This document shows positions 12,938-27,467 of a DNA stretch of 64,000 nucleotides, in pieces; the first letter of the stretch is position 1; every line of letters begins with the position of its first letter. The position numbers and the translations under genes are program-made. Source of the stretch: Eledone cirrhosa. Lineage: Eukaryota. The notes beneath the pieces were generated by a model. The model searched no databases. It saw only the letters and a list, made by a program, of their open reading frames with translations, and was not told the origin of the DNA. Location: assembly GCA_964016885.1 (NCBI GenBank), contig OZ024740.1:70494001-70558000 (forward strand). Direction: 5' to 3'.

Positions 12938-15385
12938 CATATATATATATATATATATATATATAACGAGCAGAAAGACGTTTGTTTTTTTCCTTCAGGC
13001 AACATATCACAAAATCGAATTTCATCTGAGGATACCGTTCTCATAACAACAAATGCATGAATTACATCTTGATTGCATAGGAGAACTGTTGAAATAATTT
13101 TAACTTCACTGTGAAAATAAGCCTTGGGATTAAACCTCAACGCTCCCTCTACAGAACGAACTGAAGAATAACTTATCTAGTTTCACCTGGTTATTGCCGG
13201 CTCATCGGGAATGTCTAATCTGTTACACTACACACACACACAAATCGAAAGAAAGAAAGAATAAAAGAAAGAAAGAGACAGAGGGAAAGAGAGAAGGAAA
13301 AGGAGAAAGAGAGAGGGAGGGGTGAGAGTGAGGGGGGGGGGGGGGGGGGAGAGCAGTTTACAACGACTTATGAACAATGCTTTGAATAAGAGGTCTGATA
13401 TTTTTAATTTGCATATGATTGCGTTTGTTGGCGGCGTATATAAACAAAAATAGTGCGACAAATAAAATATAAATAATTTTAGATACTACAATTAATAGGC
13501 ATGCATTTAGCCATACTCGGGCTTTTCGTTACACAGCAAGTTAAATTTCTGTTTATCAAATGTACACATCACTTTTAGAATCACTGCTCAGTCGCGTACG
13601 TCATCGAACAAATAAAAACCAGAAAGCGTATTCAAGCGTATGCGATGGAAAGTTTTCACTTAGAAGAACGGGACTTTTTACCACATAGTCAGGGATGGAA
13701 GTGTGGTTACATTGAGCAAGGAGGAAAGGAGGAAGTTATCCTCGAACCGGAGAACTGGTCCGAATGTTTGCAATAAGGGGTGAACTCCACTAAAATCATC
13801 CAAGAATCTGGAACTAATACCACAAGGCATCTCACCTGACAATCTAAAAATTCTGCCAATCCACCGCTCTCAAAGTGACGAAAGATAGAGTTAACTGAGA
13901 ACGCAGGGAGCTGAAAAAATGCCGAAATATACAGTTGCACTTCAAAATCACAGTCACTAAGCATTGCATATGCGTGTGTTTGTGTGTATGTGTATGTTTG
14001 TTTGTGTGCATGAATGTGTGTATGTGCGTGTATTCGCGCGTGTGTGTGTGTGCGCGTGCAGGCAAATAAGTGAAACAGTTGAATCTGTGGGAACTAGTAA
14101 TGATCCGAGACTATATTATGCTTGTTTACATCTATTAATTTCAGCATATGAATAATATATATATTAGCAGTAACACTAACATAGCGTAACTGTAATGTTG
14201 TGTTATTGTAACTGCTAATTAATTCCAGCTCGTCAAGGACGCACAACAAGCAAATTAACTTCTCTGGCAGATGTTTTCTATGCAGAAAATATATAAGCTA
14301 AATCTTATTATCTCAGTACCGAGATACAAATAAAGCGATACATATCAATATGGAATGGCCTAGGCCGTGAAGAGCTTAAAAAATAAGGAATGATAAATAG
14401 GATACATATAGTCCCGGATAGATTGTGTGCGGTATTGGGTGTCTGACAAACAACGTTTTCTTTCTTTCTTACTCTTGTCTATCTTCCTATTTCATCTCTC
14501 CCTTAAACATCTCTTCTCTCTCCCATTCTATCTTCTGATGAAGCACTAGCATCCAAAACGTCAAGTCTACCAAGCGTTAAACTAATATATCATCATTGTA
14601 TTGTATTGTGCTCCTTTGTAATTGTTCCTTGTTAACTGTTTTTTTATAAGACTGGATTTTCTCGGCTGATTGTCCAAGACAATTCTGTCCTGGAGCTAAA
14701 CAATAACAGCCAAATCTTATATAAGGAGAGTAAATAATTCAAAACAACAGAGAAAGATACATATATTCTCTAATATACTCTGTCTAGTGGGAATGACTGG
14801 ATGTTCACGACTGGAATGCTTATGATCGATCAAGCCCGACAAGAAGCTAAACAAAAACAGCCTAATATCTCATACATACACTGCAAAGAACTCTATACAA
14901 TATCAGCATAACGAAAGAGATTCTACGTAGTCATTAGATGTACTAGAAATAGCAGCTGGGTCTTTAACCAATGAGAAGCCGTGTCGCTGGGCTTGTTAGA
15001 TAAAGCAACCATATCTCCCTTAAATTAAACGTTATTGATTTTAAAATGGTATGTTGCATTACTTATATTACAGTAGAAGCATAGCGGAAATTCTACGCCT
15101 TATAAATATCCATATATCTAATTGAGATTTTCATAACATTGTTTAATCAAATTAGCGAAGCCGGAAAGATGCGCCCCTTATAGTTCAACGGTGTTGATGA
15201 GTTTTGGGGAGTGCTGTGATGGTGAGATATTTAGCAGTCCCTTCTTGGCTCCTCCGGCCCATGACTAAAGTACTGGCTGAAACACTCTCTCATGATAGAA
15301 GATTCTTGGACTACTTTATCTCAGGTGTTTCATTTTTTAAAGATGGTGTTTGCGTGTGCGTTTGTCTGTGTGTGTGAGAGAGAGA

Positions 15386-15464
<79 letters not shown>

Positions 15465-15882
15465 GATGTGATTCGAAGGAAAATTGGTTGCTATTTCTAG
15501 CAGGTCGATTTACAACATAGACACGTTCTCGCTGGCTCAATACGAAAAATAAAAAGTATTGGAGTCAAGGGCATTGCGTTTAAAGTCCTTTATAAATATG
15601 TAGCCGCCATACTATGCGATAGAGTCGGTTGATTCAATCTACTATATAACACACACCACACCCAATTTCACCTCCACCACCATCCCTCAATGAATATTGT
15701 CCACGTGACTAGCTAGTCACCATAATTATTCATGACTTTTTATGTGGCGGTAAGTCGCTGGGTGAGTAAATGTTAAGGGTTGTTAAAGGGGGCTGGATGA
15801 GAGTCAGGACTGCGGTGACATTGATATTTTACAAACCATTAGCACTACATTATTCAATATAAACGAGGGAACAAAAGGCCAC

Positions 15883-16053
15883 GTGCACGCACACACACAC
15901 ACACACCAGCACACCAGCACACACACACACACCAGCACACACACACACACACGCACACACACACACACACCAGCACACCAGCACACCAGCACACACACAC
16001 ACCAGCACATACACACGCACCAGCACACACACACCAGCACACCAGCACGCACG

Positions 16054-16086
<33 letters not shown>

Positions 16087-16152
16087 CAGCACACGCACAC
16101 ACACACGCACACACACACACACACACGCACACACACACACACACCAGCACAC
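15883..16152. repeat. Compound (CA)n/(CACCAG) microsatellite
   Basis: Direct reading. Confidence 0.9.
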
Positions 16153-16380
16153 AAACCTAGATGCCGTTCCTCCTAGTTCCTTCTACTTCTATATATACAT
16201 TTATATATATTTATTCACGCCCGCAGACACACATACATAGGGCTATATGCAGATGTACAAACTCGCCTACACAGATATGTGAATATGTGTGCGTTAACAT
16301 ACACACGCATAAAGGCATACATACATAGACACACTTGCAAATAGTCACCCATACACAAACACACTCACATATATACACAT

Positions 16381-16429
<49 letters not shown>

Positions 16430-16450
16430 CATACATGTATATATATACAC

Positions 16451-16508
<58 letters not shown>

Positions 16509-16511
16509 TGT

Positions 16512-16561
<50 letters not shown>

Positions 16562-16669
16562 GTGTGTTATTATATATGCAGATGTTGGTATTACTGTTGA
16601 ATACAATTGCCATTTAAGAAACTGATACAGTTTTCCCTGTAAAGAACCTTGTGTTTTACGTACAATTTC

Positions 16670-16855
16670 TACTTTCACATCATACCACTCACCAACAATC
16701 TCTTTAATATATTTGTACTTTCACATCATACCACTCACCAACAATCTCTTTAATATATTTGTACTTTCACATCATACCACTCACCAACAATCTCTTTAAT
16801 ATATTTGTACTTTCACATCATACCACTCACCAACAATCTCTTTAATATATTTGTA
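16670..16855. repeat. 46-bp minisatellite, 4 perfect copies
   Basis: Unit tactttcacatcataccactcaccaacaatctctttaatatatttg, with no spacers. Confidence 0.95.
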
Positions 16856-17161
16856 TAAAACTCATTTACTAAATAGTGGCGTCAGATATAAAATCGAAGA
16901 CTGTGAAGCATCTGTCTGTGGAGTAAAATTATCTATACTATAAGTCCCTAGGTAATTTCCCTGACAGTTAAGTGCAGTTCTCCATACTTAATGGAGTGCA
17001 TTGAAATTAATTGGTTATCAATTATTGAAATTATAACCCTAATGAGAAGAGAGAATTATATTAACGTAAATGAAAATTAGGCAGCTACACGTTTTAGCCT
17101 CTTATTTTTTTAATCCCATTTTAATATTTATTTATTATTACTACTCTTTTACTGGTTGCAG

Positions 17162-17244
<83 letters not shown>

Positions 17245-17699
17245 TATACATACATATACATATATATATGTGTGTGTGTGTGTGCGTGTGTGCGCACGCG
17301 CGTGCATGTATGTGTGAGTGTGTGTGTGTGTGTGAGAGGGTATTATCAGTAGCATTTACATGCACGCGTATCTGACATTCTCATATGGCTACTGAATATT
17401 CAAGATTCTAGATATAAATATATTTTATATGCTTTCATATACAATCCTACTATTAACCAGCCTATGTTAGTGCTACTGATTAGTCCTAGCCGGTCACGTT
17501 CATTCTATATGTAAATGAACATCTCCAGCCAAAGTTTCATACGCAAAAATACATACAATCTATAAGATTATTCTTATCCCAGTACTGAGTGAGTAAATGC
17601 TACTGATGACGGAGAAAAATTCAGAAAAATGTGTCCGACAATCCCATGCTTAACATATTCATAGCGTGACGCTTGTGTGTTTATTGCACATGAATATAT

Positions 17700-19450
17700 C
17701 GTATATGCCACTTCCAACACGGGTGAGCATGTCAACCCAGTTCATGAAGATTAAAAACAGGAAAGATGACAGTATGCACCCTTGGCGGAGTCCGACTCCC
17801 ACATTGAATGTTCTCAATTTAGTACCATTTACCCGAATACAAATATTAGGGCATTTGTATAGAGACAACAGGGCAACAAGACACTGTTCATCGATCCCAT
17901 ACACTTATAGACCAGTCATGAGCAGATCCCCTGGAACGCGGTCATATGCCTTTTCTAGGTCTACAAAGTAAGCATACACTTTTTGGCAGTACTCCCACGA
18001 TTCCTCAAAGACCTCCCGCAGTGTGAATATTTTGTCGGATGTGCTGCGTCCAGGGCAAAAACCAGACTGTTCACCAGTTAGCTTGAACGTGACAATTTCC
18101 CTTACATCCCTTTGCCTACCATTTAGCATAGACTTTGCTGGGGAGTCTTAACAAGGAGTTTCCTTTATGATTGGGGCAATCTTTCTGGCCTCTCTTTTTG
18201 AAAATTGGCTTTATCACACCTGATTGCCACTACTTAGGTGCCTTTCCAGAGATCCAAGCCACCCGACACACACGAGTCAGCCAGAGAATACCTTTTCCAT
18301 TTAAGGCTTTTAACATTTCGGGCCGAATTTCCCTTTCCCCAGCAACCTTGCCACATTTGAGCTCTTTAATTGGTCTTATGACCTCAGCTTTCATAATATG
18401 AGTCATCTCTCTCAGATGCATATCAGAAGATGCTGTAGTGTCCGGGTTTAGTATTCTCTGCACATCGCAAGGATACACCTGCTTATTGAGAGGAGAACCA
18501 CATGCATATTTCTGATACCAGATGTGGAGGAGTACTTCTTATTACGAAGTCGGGGATTGTCTGTCAGAACATATTATTTATGATCTGAAGCCGGATTCCA
18601 GCTTAACCTCAAAGTCCTTTACTGTCCTTGCTGTGACGTTTTGCACCTGCTTGTATCGCAAATGCACAAGGAGGACCTATTTCCAAACCAAACTTTATAG
18701 GCCTCCTTTATCGGATGACATCTTTGACTGCCTGATTAAATCAAGCAGTCCTCCTGCCAACCGTAGCATTTAACAGCGGAAGCAAAAACTGCCTATTTAA
18801 ACAGTTTCTACTCTGGTTCAACGGGTGTAATATCAGTCGGCTGGAATTTGCCGATGACATCGTATTATTTAACTCGTCAGAAAAGGATCTCTGACATGCA
18901 CTTGATAGGTTTAATACCGAGTCCTTCATGTGGAATGAAAATCAGTACTGCGAAGACTGAGGCACTCATCCATTCAAGGAAGCCAGCATGTCAGTGGAGT
19001 TCTTCTGTAGCAGGTGGAGAAGTCCAAGCATCTCGGGGCCGTAATTAGAAGAGAGGTAAATGTAAAAGCCACACTCGCTATATTCAATACGGTATTCATG
19101 CCAACACTTATCTATGTCAAAAATCTTAAGTAATGACTGAAAGAATACTATCGTGAATACAAGCGACCGAAATTCTGTTCCTCCGAAGAGCCTTTGGAGA
19201 AATGTTACTTGGTAGAATGCATAGTTTGGAGATCAGAAAATCGCTCCAGGTAGAGCCGCAATTTCTTACAGCTCCGATACTACGGGCTTGTCTCAGAAAG
19301 AATCGCTGGATAGATTTTACGGGCAAAACCAACCAGTAGAAGACCAAGGGGTAGACCCCAAGCTAGATGGTTGGATAATATCCATGAGCTCGTCTGGTCA
19401 CGATTGGGAATCGTGTTTGAGGATTCTGCTCATACGACCCTCCCAGGTAG
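17700..19450. mobile_element. RTE LINE with inverted 5' part (17700-18813 minus; 18814-19450 plus)
   Basis: Minus: FCPGRSTSDKIFTLR, FVDLEKAYDRVP, GLRQGCILS..RVGSGI. Plus continues WFNGCNISRLEFADDI..GMKISTAKTE..GRPQARWLDNI. Confidence 0.88.
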
Positions 19451-19483
19451 AAGTGGGCAAAGAAGTTATCATACAAGGGGTAT

Positions 19484-19531
<48 letters not shown>

Positions 19532-20033
19532 TCGGCTGCGTTTGTCTGTTTCTCTCTTACTGCTTCCCCGTTCTCTCTGTTTCTCTCACTTTCTTTCGCC
19601 CCCTCTGCCAGTTACACTTTCTCTTGACTGACCGCTTCCTCGCACTTCCACTCACTCACTCTCTGTTTCTCCCCTTCTCACTTCCTCCCGTTTGGCTTAC
19701 AGTGGGTCTCTTCTTGCTTACATCTCACTCACGTCGGACGTCTGTACCTTTCGCTCATGTAATCCAATCAGCTTATGCTGACCAGGATAACCATGTTGCT
19801 TCTTTTTTTCCTTTCTTTGGTTTGCTTTTATCCTTCTATGTTGTTCACTTGTCCCCCTCGCTTTACGCAATTTACTGGTCCCAATAACTTTTTTTAGTTA
19901 TTGCTCGCACCAACCTGAGGTATCTGATTTTTAATGCGATGAAATACCAATGATGGTTGGAAAATCACTGACGAAGGACTATTTTTATCATATGTAACCC
20001 ATGTGCAAGCACGCAGTATTCTTCTTTCTTCTC

Positions 20034-20078
<45 letters not shown>

Positions 20079-21546
20079 ATGTGTATGTGTGTGTGTCAGA
20101 CAGGTATTTGTGTTTCCATCTATTATATTTGACACACACGTCAATGATGAAACCCAGTCTTTAGTAGGCATTTTCTCAAGATGTCAAACATCGGGAGAAA
20201 ACCCAAAACTCCTTGGTTGTGGAGACAAACTGCATAAACACACCCATCGTTTACAGTGATGGCTGCGCCTAATGTTTAATCTTTTGAAATTATATTCGTA
20301 ATGAGAGCAGAATTCTTTAGTGTGAAAGAAAATTAAACAATTATTCGTTTTGGCGAGGATTTTTTATTATTATCCTCCCCACCACCACAACCACCACCAC
20401 CACGACCACACATTTTTTTTTTTTCAGCGATCTTCAGGTTTTTTATAGGAACGAGCGGGGGAGGCGGAGTTCGCACAAAATATTTGCTTTGGAGTGTTTT
20501 TAGGTGAAGTTTTTGGAGAGAAGCGGGCTGAATGATGTATGTAACGAAATTGAAGGAGAGCAAAGAAACAAAACCGGAGTCTAGCTGGTCAGCTACAGTT
20601 AGCAATCTTATGTGACCAGGTGCCGTCACGCATGAGGAAAAGAGAAAGAGGCTGCACGGTTACTGTATTTGCATATTATAGTTAAAAATGAGGTGATCGT
20701 ATTTGGTAAATTTTCCTCGGAAATAAGTAATATTGAACACAACCTGAAAATCACCCGTTTTCTCACACCATAGCAAATTTCACCAAAGGATAATTTCGCT
20801 ACAAACATATCATAAAAATATGTACGCAGTATATCTGAAGGGTTGAAGTTTGTTTCACATGACGGATGGCATGTACCTGTAATTCAAAAGACTAAACTTA
20901 TCACACCTAATGTCCCGGAGAAATAAGCTAATGGTACACGTGTATAAGAAATACTGAGCCGCTTAACGCGTTTAATATAACAAATAGGCTGTTCTATTGA
21001 TGTATCGTCGAAATCAACGGTGCATATACATATATTTTATAATTTGCTACAGACAAAACATGAAGGATATTTCACCAAGGTAAAGTATAAAATGTTATGT
21101 GGATAATTATCTATTTTCCAGAATGGATTGCGATGTTAACCCATGGGGAACTGCTGGCTGAAATATGATTTTCAATTTCTAAAACAAAATACGTTTGCAA
21201 AAATCTTTTAAACGTATATTTCGAATAAAAAAGAAGAGTTGTCTCCCTTGCATCGTAGTATGTTTCAAAGGGAAATAACTATGCAATTTAAACGGCGGCT
21301 AATTGTTTTTGAAAGTTACGTTGTTACAGTTTATTCTATTGTTTCATATATAATCTGTCAAGGAATAAAATAAGCGCCTCTTTGATTTTATAGTTGGTAG
21401 AGTTAATATCTTGTTGTGCCAGTATGTTAAATAGTGGCATTTCTGCGAGGCAAGCTATTGTAAATGATGTCATATAATTATGCTTAAAACACCTTCCAAT
21501 GTTATATTCTTTTACTCTTTTGCAGATTTCATTTATTAGACTTCAG

Positions 21547-21619
<73 letters not shown>

Positions 21620-21622
<3 letters not shown>

Positions 21623-21700
21623 GGAGTGTCCTAAAAAATGTATACACACTCCAAGAGCATTCTAATAAATATGCGTGTACATCTTTTTGGACACCTTGTA
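21620..21700. mobile_element. Tc1/mariner-type mini-MITE in (TA)n
   Basis: tacggagtgtcctaaaaaatgtatacac and gtgtacatctttttggacaccttgta form an imperfect TIR pair. Confidence 0.55.
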
Positions 21701-21794
21701 TATACATGTATATATATATATATACATGTATATATATCATTTTAACTCTTGATATATACGGAACCCCATCGAATATATATATAGCAGTGTGCAC

Positions 21795-22440
21795 CAGAAT
21801 TTTTCCACTCCATACTATGTCTTTGGGATTCTGACTCATAGTGATGGCCCTACGTTTCATCTCCAGTGACTATTCTGGACGAAAATGCTTCGCCTTCATT
21901 GTTGTAGTAAACGTTGGCAGAATCCAACTGTGCTCTGCGGTAAATTCTCTTATCACCCATCTCGCTCAGACTTCATGGTAGCCGAGCTTCCATGTTGATT
22001 TGATAGGCAGAACAATGACTAATTAGCAGAGAACATGCTACCTCATCGATGATAACTCACTGGTTCACCATTACCATCACTCGAACTTGTTCAATTTTCT
22101 CGTCAGAGGTTGACGGACGTCCTGCTCCTTCTTCGTGCGCCACGCTTAAACTTCTCAATCCAGTCATACACACTTCTGCGTGATAGTGCGCTGTCACCGT
22201 ATTGTGTTAAAAGTCTCCGATGGATTTCAGCTCCTGACACAAATTCCTAACAGAGAAATCGGATCACTGCTCTTTGTTCGTCTTTGGTGCAAACTACAAG
22301 CGGACCATGTTTACACTATAATAGCAGCAAGAAAACTCGCGCGAGCAAACTCAAACTTCGATCATGTGACCACAAGAGTACTACGTATAAGCACGCATGA
22401 TCAGAAGACCGGTGTAATAAATCAAAATATATTTTAGGGC
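21795..22440 (-). mobile_element. Degenerate mariner transposase
   Basis: NEGEAFSSRIVTGDET*GHHYESESQRHSMEWK contains the first catalytic Asp motif. Confidence 0.8.
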
Positions 22441-22465
22441 GAAATTGCAGATAAATTTTGACTTA

Positions 22466-22537
<72 letters not shown>

Positions 22538-22668
22538 GGAGCATGGTCAGTCGGTTGTGAAGCAGATAAAAATAAGCGCTCAACGACCTGTATAAATGGT
22601 GCAAGTCGGAACATTATATATTAAAAGATCGGAGGTCAAATTCAGTTAATTCAAGTTTATTTAAAACT

Positions 22669-22726
22669 CCGTTATACATATTTCACTGAAGCCTATCAGT
22701 TAGGAGAGCCTGAGCTCTTCAGACGG
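22669..22726 (-). ncRNA. Type-I hammerhead motif
   Basis: CCGU-CUGAAGA-GCU..AGU-GAA-AUA UG UAU-A-ACGG. Confidence 0.7.
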
Positions 22727-23006
22727 CAACACCTAAAATAAACATTGAAAGTTCCTAAAAAACCTTTAAATTTGGAAAAATCCAATAATTTCCCCGAAAA
22801 AGATTTTCTTTTCATGATAGCGGGAGCCGGCCGAACGCATGGTGTTGTTTCTTCGACGGCCAGCCGCTGTATATATATTATATAAATAACAGATTAAAGT
22901 TTAAGCAAAGAATCGCTTTCACTGCTCTACGGTTCTCTTATATATTTGATATATATTTATCCTTATCGAGCCCTCTTTGGATTTTAGTCTTCAAATTTAT
23001 TATTAT

Positions 23007-23078
<72 letters not shown>

Positions 23079-23869
23079 AAAATGCTGACAGATTTTTTTC
23101 CAGTGAAAATTAATTTAATTAGGAATAAGTATAAATTAGTAATAAGTAATGGTTAGTATTCAGTGTTAGTTTTAAGTTTTTTACCGGTTGCGCATTTTAA
23201 ATGCTTTTCAAAAATAATTTTGAGATACAGCGTTCCTTATTTGGTTGGTTGTTGAATGTCACGTGAATAAGCACTATAATTTTGATTGGTCGGTAGAAGT
23301 CACGTGCATGTTCAATAATAAAAGAGGTGAAATGGTGTATAGTATTGTCAGCATTTTCTTTTCCTTTTTACTAATATATCACAACTCGTGTGTCACACTT
23401 CTATTTATATATATATACATACTTACATGTATATCACCAGCTGTTGTCAACATTGTTACATGTATATCACCAACTTTTGACAACAGCTGGTGATATACAT
23501 GTAAATGAATCTTTATCTGATATTTTGTAACTAACCTTACATAGATCGATAACGAAGTATGGTTACGATGTATTATCATCACCTAGAAACGATCGTAAAG
23601 TAGTGGAGTATATTTCTAATGACTTGAATTTTTATTTCATTGTTTTAACTTATATATATATATAATATATATATATGAAAATGTTCGCTCTGCATGACTG
23701 AATACAATAAATGTAATCTGAGTTTACATGCTCGTGTTGGCATGTAAACATGCCAACACGAGCAAGAATAAAGAGTTCATTCTACTGAGATGGCTATAAA
23801 AATGAGGCTTGTTTGCAAAATTGCAAACGAATCGAATGTTATTATTAATATTCGAAAAACTCAGATTAC

Positions 23870-23941
<72 letters not shown>

Positions 23942-24007
23942 GTTATTCCGGGTTGAATCGGAGGTAACCACAGTAAGTAAGGTACTCAATACATAGCAGA
24001 GTATAAA

Positions 24008-24141
24008 AGTTTAAATATAGATGAGATTCTACAGGACCAGAACTGTTTCATTCATTAGAAATCATCAGGAATCAGAATTCCTGATGATTTCTAATGAATG
24101 AAACAGTTCTGGTCCTGTAGAATCTCATCTATATTAAAACT
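24008..24141. ncRNA. Short palindrome of two back-to-back hammerheads (24026-24072 minus; 24077-24123 plus)
   Basis: AUUC-CUGAUGA-UUUC UAAU GAAU-GAA-ACAG UUCUGGUC CUGU-A-GAAU, flanked by (TA)n. Confidence 0.75.
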
Positions 24142-24597
24142 ATATATATATATATGTCTGAATTATTTCACTCAGTTGCTGATCGAGTCACCAATGGTTC
24201 TGTGCCTTCTTTCGCAAGACTACAGCCCAAACTGTTTATATATATTTATATTAATGTTTATTCTTCTGTTCCTTGCTAAGCTATTGCACACCGTGTTCTT
24301 AAAACTTCCTTTTGAGTTGAAGCGTATTGGTTTGTAAGAATTTTAATTTTCTAGTATTATTATTATTATTATTATGTTTTGCTTTACCTGTGAATTCGTT
24401 GAAAAGCACAATTTGTCGTATATCTCCATATTTTGTCCTGTTACTGTCCCGTCTAGACTTGAAGGAATAAAACTGAACTTTAATATACCAGAAATGTAAG
24501 GATTTTCAGAAGTTGAAAGCAACTGTCTTTGTCTTGTACGCTCGCCTCTTTTTATTCCTATTCCACATGGTTTTAGCTATACACACACACACACGCG

Positions 24598-24715
24598 CGC
24601 GTACACACACGCGTACACACACACACATACGCGTACACACACGCGTACACACACGCGTACACACACGCGTACACACACGCGTACACACACGCGTACACAC
24701 ACGCGTACACACACG

Positions 24716-24722
<7 letters not shown>
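24598..24722. repeat. (GTACACACGC)n-type 10-mer tandem repeat within (CA)n
   Basis: Direct reading. Confidence 0.85.
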
Positions 24723-24773
<51 letters not shown>

Positions 24774-25104
24774 CGTGCGTGTGTGTATGCTGTATGTAGG
24801 AAGTACGTATATTTGGAAACAACGCATGCACATACTTGATACAGATTTAAAAACAATATTGTTTATTTTGCTTGAATATTTATGTTAACATATGGCTTTA
24901 CCAATATGTTTTTCTTAATGAACGATAATAAAATACAAATGTTTATCTGAGGGACTTCCGTTATCGACACCCACCGTCGGTAGTCGTTTAAGTTAGAATT
25001 TTACTTTATTTATTTTTAAATATTTGTTTATTTCTTGTTCTTTTAAAGATGCGTTTTCGTAAAATATAAAAACCACACCTATTTCCATCATTATATCTTT
25101 TCCA

Positions 25105-25290
25105 TTGATTGGCAGTACATGTAGAAGGTCGGTCGCCATGCTTTGCAGCATAGAGTCACGACTCTTTAAGGTCTGAGTTCAAATCCCGCCGATGTTAACT
25201 TTGCCTGTCATCCTTACGGGGTCGATAAAATAAAGAACCAGTAATACACTGGGATAACTGCTGGCCTTGTGCCAAAAGTAGAAACAATTA
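25105..25290 (+). mobile_element. tRNA-derived SINE family 1 (other copies about 1770-1960-, 26292-26468+, 29580-29712+, 46180-46370-, 47510-47730+, 50855-50965+, 58060-58245+)
   Basis: Head tggcagtatcggtagag..gagttcaaatcccgcc (A/B-box-like), core gcctttcatccttacggggtcgataaaataaagtaccag, tail gctggccttgtgccaaaagtagaaacaattatt. Confidence 0.9.
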
Positions 25291-25933
25291 TATCTTTTCC
25301 ATCACTTATTTATTAATTTACATATTTTTAAAAATTATTTATTTACTTGTGTGTTCTTTTAAGAGCTTCGGTCATCAGACTGCGATCTTACTAGGCATTG
25401 CCTTAAAAGTTTATGATATCAATGCCCAGTACGTATTCTTTCAAGCCTGAAATATTGATCCTGGATCCATATGGTTGCGAAGCGAAATCCTTACCGACAC
25501 AGCCATGTTTGTACCTATATATTATTCTAAACTATTTTTCCTTACTTAATTTTCTATTACCCCTTATTAACCCCAAATCCAACGTCGTCTCTTCTCAAAT
25601 ATGGCGTAGGCTGATTTTTATTTTTTTAATGGCAGTATATTATTGTCTGCCAGTCGATGGAGGTGCAGACGATAAACATTTCTTAAATTTTTTCGTTTGT
25701 TTTCTTTTTTCTTTTGTTTTCATTTTTATTTTATTTATTTTCTTTTTTTCTTTTTTTCTTATTCATTCTGCAAATTAAATCCGCCGTTTACCATTTATTA
25801 TGTGGCGTGATGAATTCAAGGAATTTTATTTATCTATTTACGCCTTTATCTTCATCCTTCTCCTTTTTTCTCTCTTCTTTGTATTCTCTTTCTCATTCAC
25901 ATCTCTCTCTTTCTCTCATTCATATATAGGCAT

Positions 25934-26038
<105 letters not shown>

Positions 26039-26201
26039 GTATTAAGGCTACTATTTATGGTTATGTATATACTAAAACTTTTTATAGTTATATATATTTT
26101 AAACCCTAAACAGTGAAAGACAGTAATTTATTACTACCTTATTACCAGTAAGATAAATAGCTCAATGTAATAACATCAGTTGTTCTACAGAGCAGTTATA
26201 T

Positions 26202-26938
26202 AGAATTTGACAGGAATCAAAGTTATGTCCAAACCATTTATTAGCTTACAATTGTTTCATCCAAACCGAGGCTTGGAGTCTTCGGAGCATTGGATTGGCA
26301 GTGTCGGTAGAGGGTCGGACGCCATGCTTTCCAGCATAGTTACGTCCCTTTACGATCTGAGTTCAAATCCCGCCGAGGTTGACTTTGCCTTTCATCCTTA
26401 CGGGGTCGATAAAATAAAGTACCAGTAATGTACTGTAATTGCTGGCCTTGTGCCAATAGTAGAAATAATTATTTAATGTTTGTATACATTTATGACCTCC
26501 TTTCCAACGCAAGAGACATACAGATACATATGTATATATTAATGCACAGTGGGGTGACATATATTATATTATTTCTGAATGGCAATTTAAATTCAAAAAT
26601 TAAAATCATATTAAAACAGAATCAAAGCAAAATTAAAATTAAAATTAAAATACAACATCGGCAGTTAACGTTGTATTTTAATTTTAATTTTGCTTTGATT
26701 CTGTTTTAATATGATTTTAATTTTTGAATTTAAATTGCCATTCAGAAATAATATAATATATGTCACCCCACTGTGCATTAATATATACATATGTATCTGT
26801 ATGTCTCTTGCGTTGGAAAGGAGGTCATGAATGTATACAAACATTAAATAATGCTCCGAAGACTCCAAGCCTCGGTTTGGATGAAACAATTGTAAGCTAA
26901 TAAATGGTTTGAACATAACTTTGATTCCTGTGAATTCT
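26202..26938. mobile_element. Head-to-head inverted repeat with hammerhead variant; SINE inserted in left arm
   Basis: 26202-26291 plus 26468-26656 mirror 26668-26938. Right arm 26853-26897 reads GCU-CCGAAGA-CUCCAAGC CUCG GUUUGGAU-GAA-ACAAUUGU-A-AGC. Confidence 0.75.
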
Positions 26939-27149
26939 CTCTCTATATATATATATACAGGAAAATGTTCAAGACCCCGATGGCAGAGCTCAAGCCGTTT
27001 CGACGGCTATTCTGGACTAAATTAGATTTTTAGCGTGGTAGTAAATAGTAAATTTTCCTATTACCAACTCTACTACCCAAATTATTGAGTACTCTAGTGA
27101 GTTATGGTCCACCTGGTTCCTTACCACACTTCCTTCGTTATATATATAA

Positions 27150-27208
<59 letters not shown>

Positions 27209-27359
27209 TTTGTGTGTGTGTGTGTGTGTGTGTGTAAGTGTGTGAGTCTGTGTGTATATATATATATATGGATATATATCTATATCTATATCTATATCTA
27301 TATCTATATATCTATATGTACGTATGTAAGTATGTATGTGTGTGGTGTGTGTATATATG

Positions 27360-27467
<108 letters not shown>

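Noticed and set aside
13175-13212. Further HHR-like strings (here on minus; also about 38385-38420 on plus)
   Set aside because: Cores are mutated and stems I or III do not pair convincingly.
16670-16855. CRISPR-like regular repeat
   Set aside because: Contiguous 46-bp units with no spacers and no cas genes, in a eukaryotic context.
25105-25195. tRNA genes at SINE heads
   Set aside because: A/B-box-like motifs run into SINE core and tail, with no complete cloverleaf.
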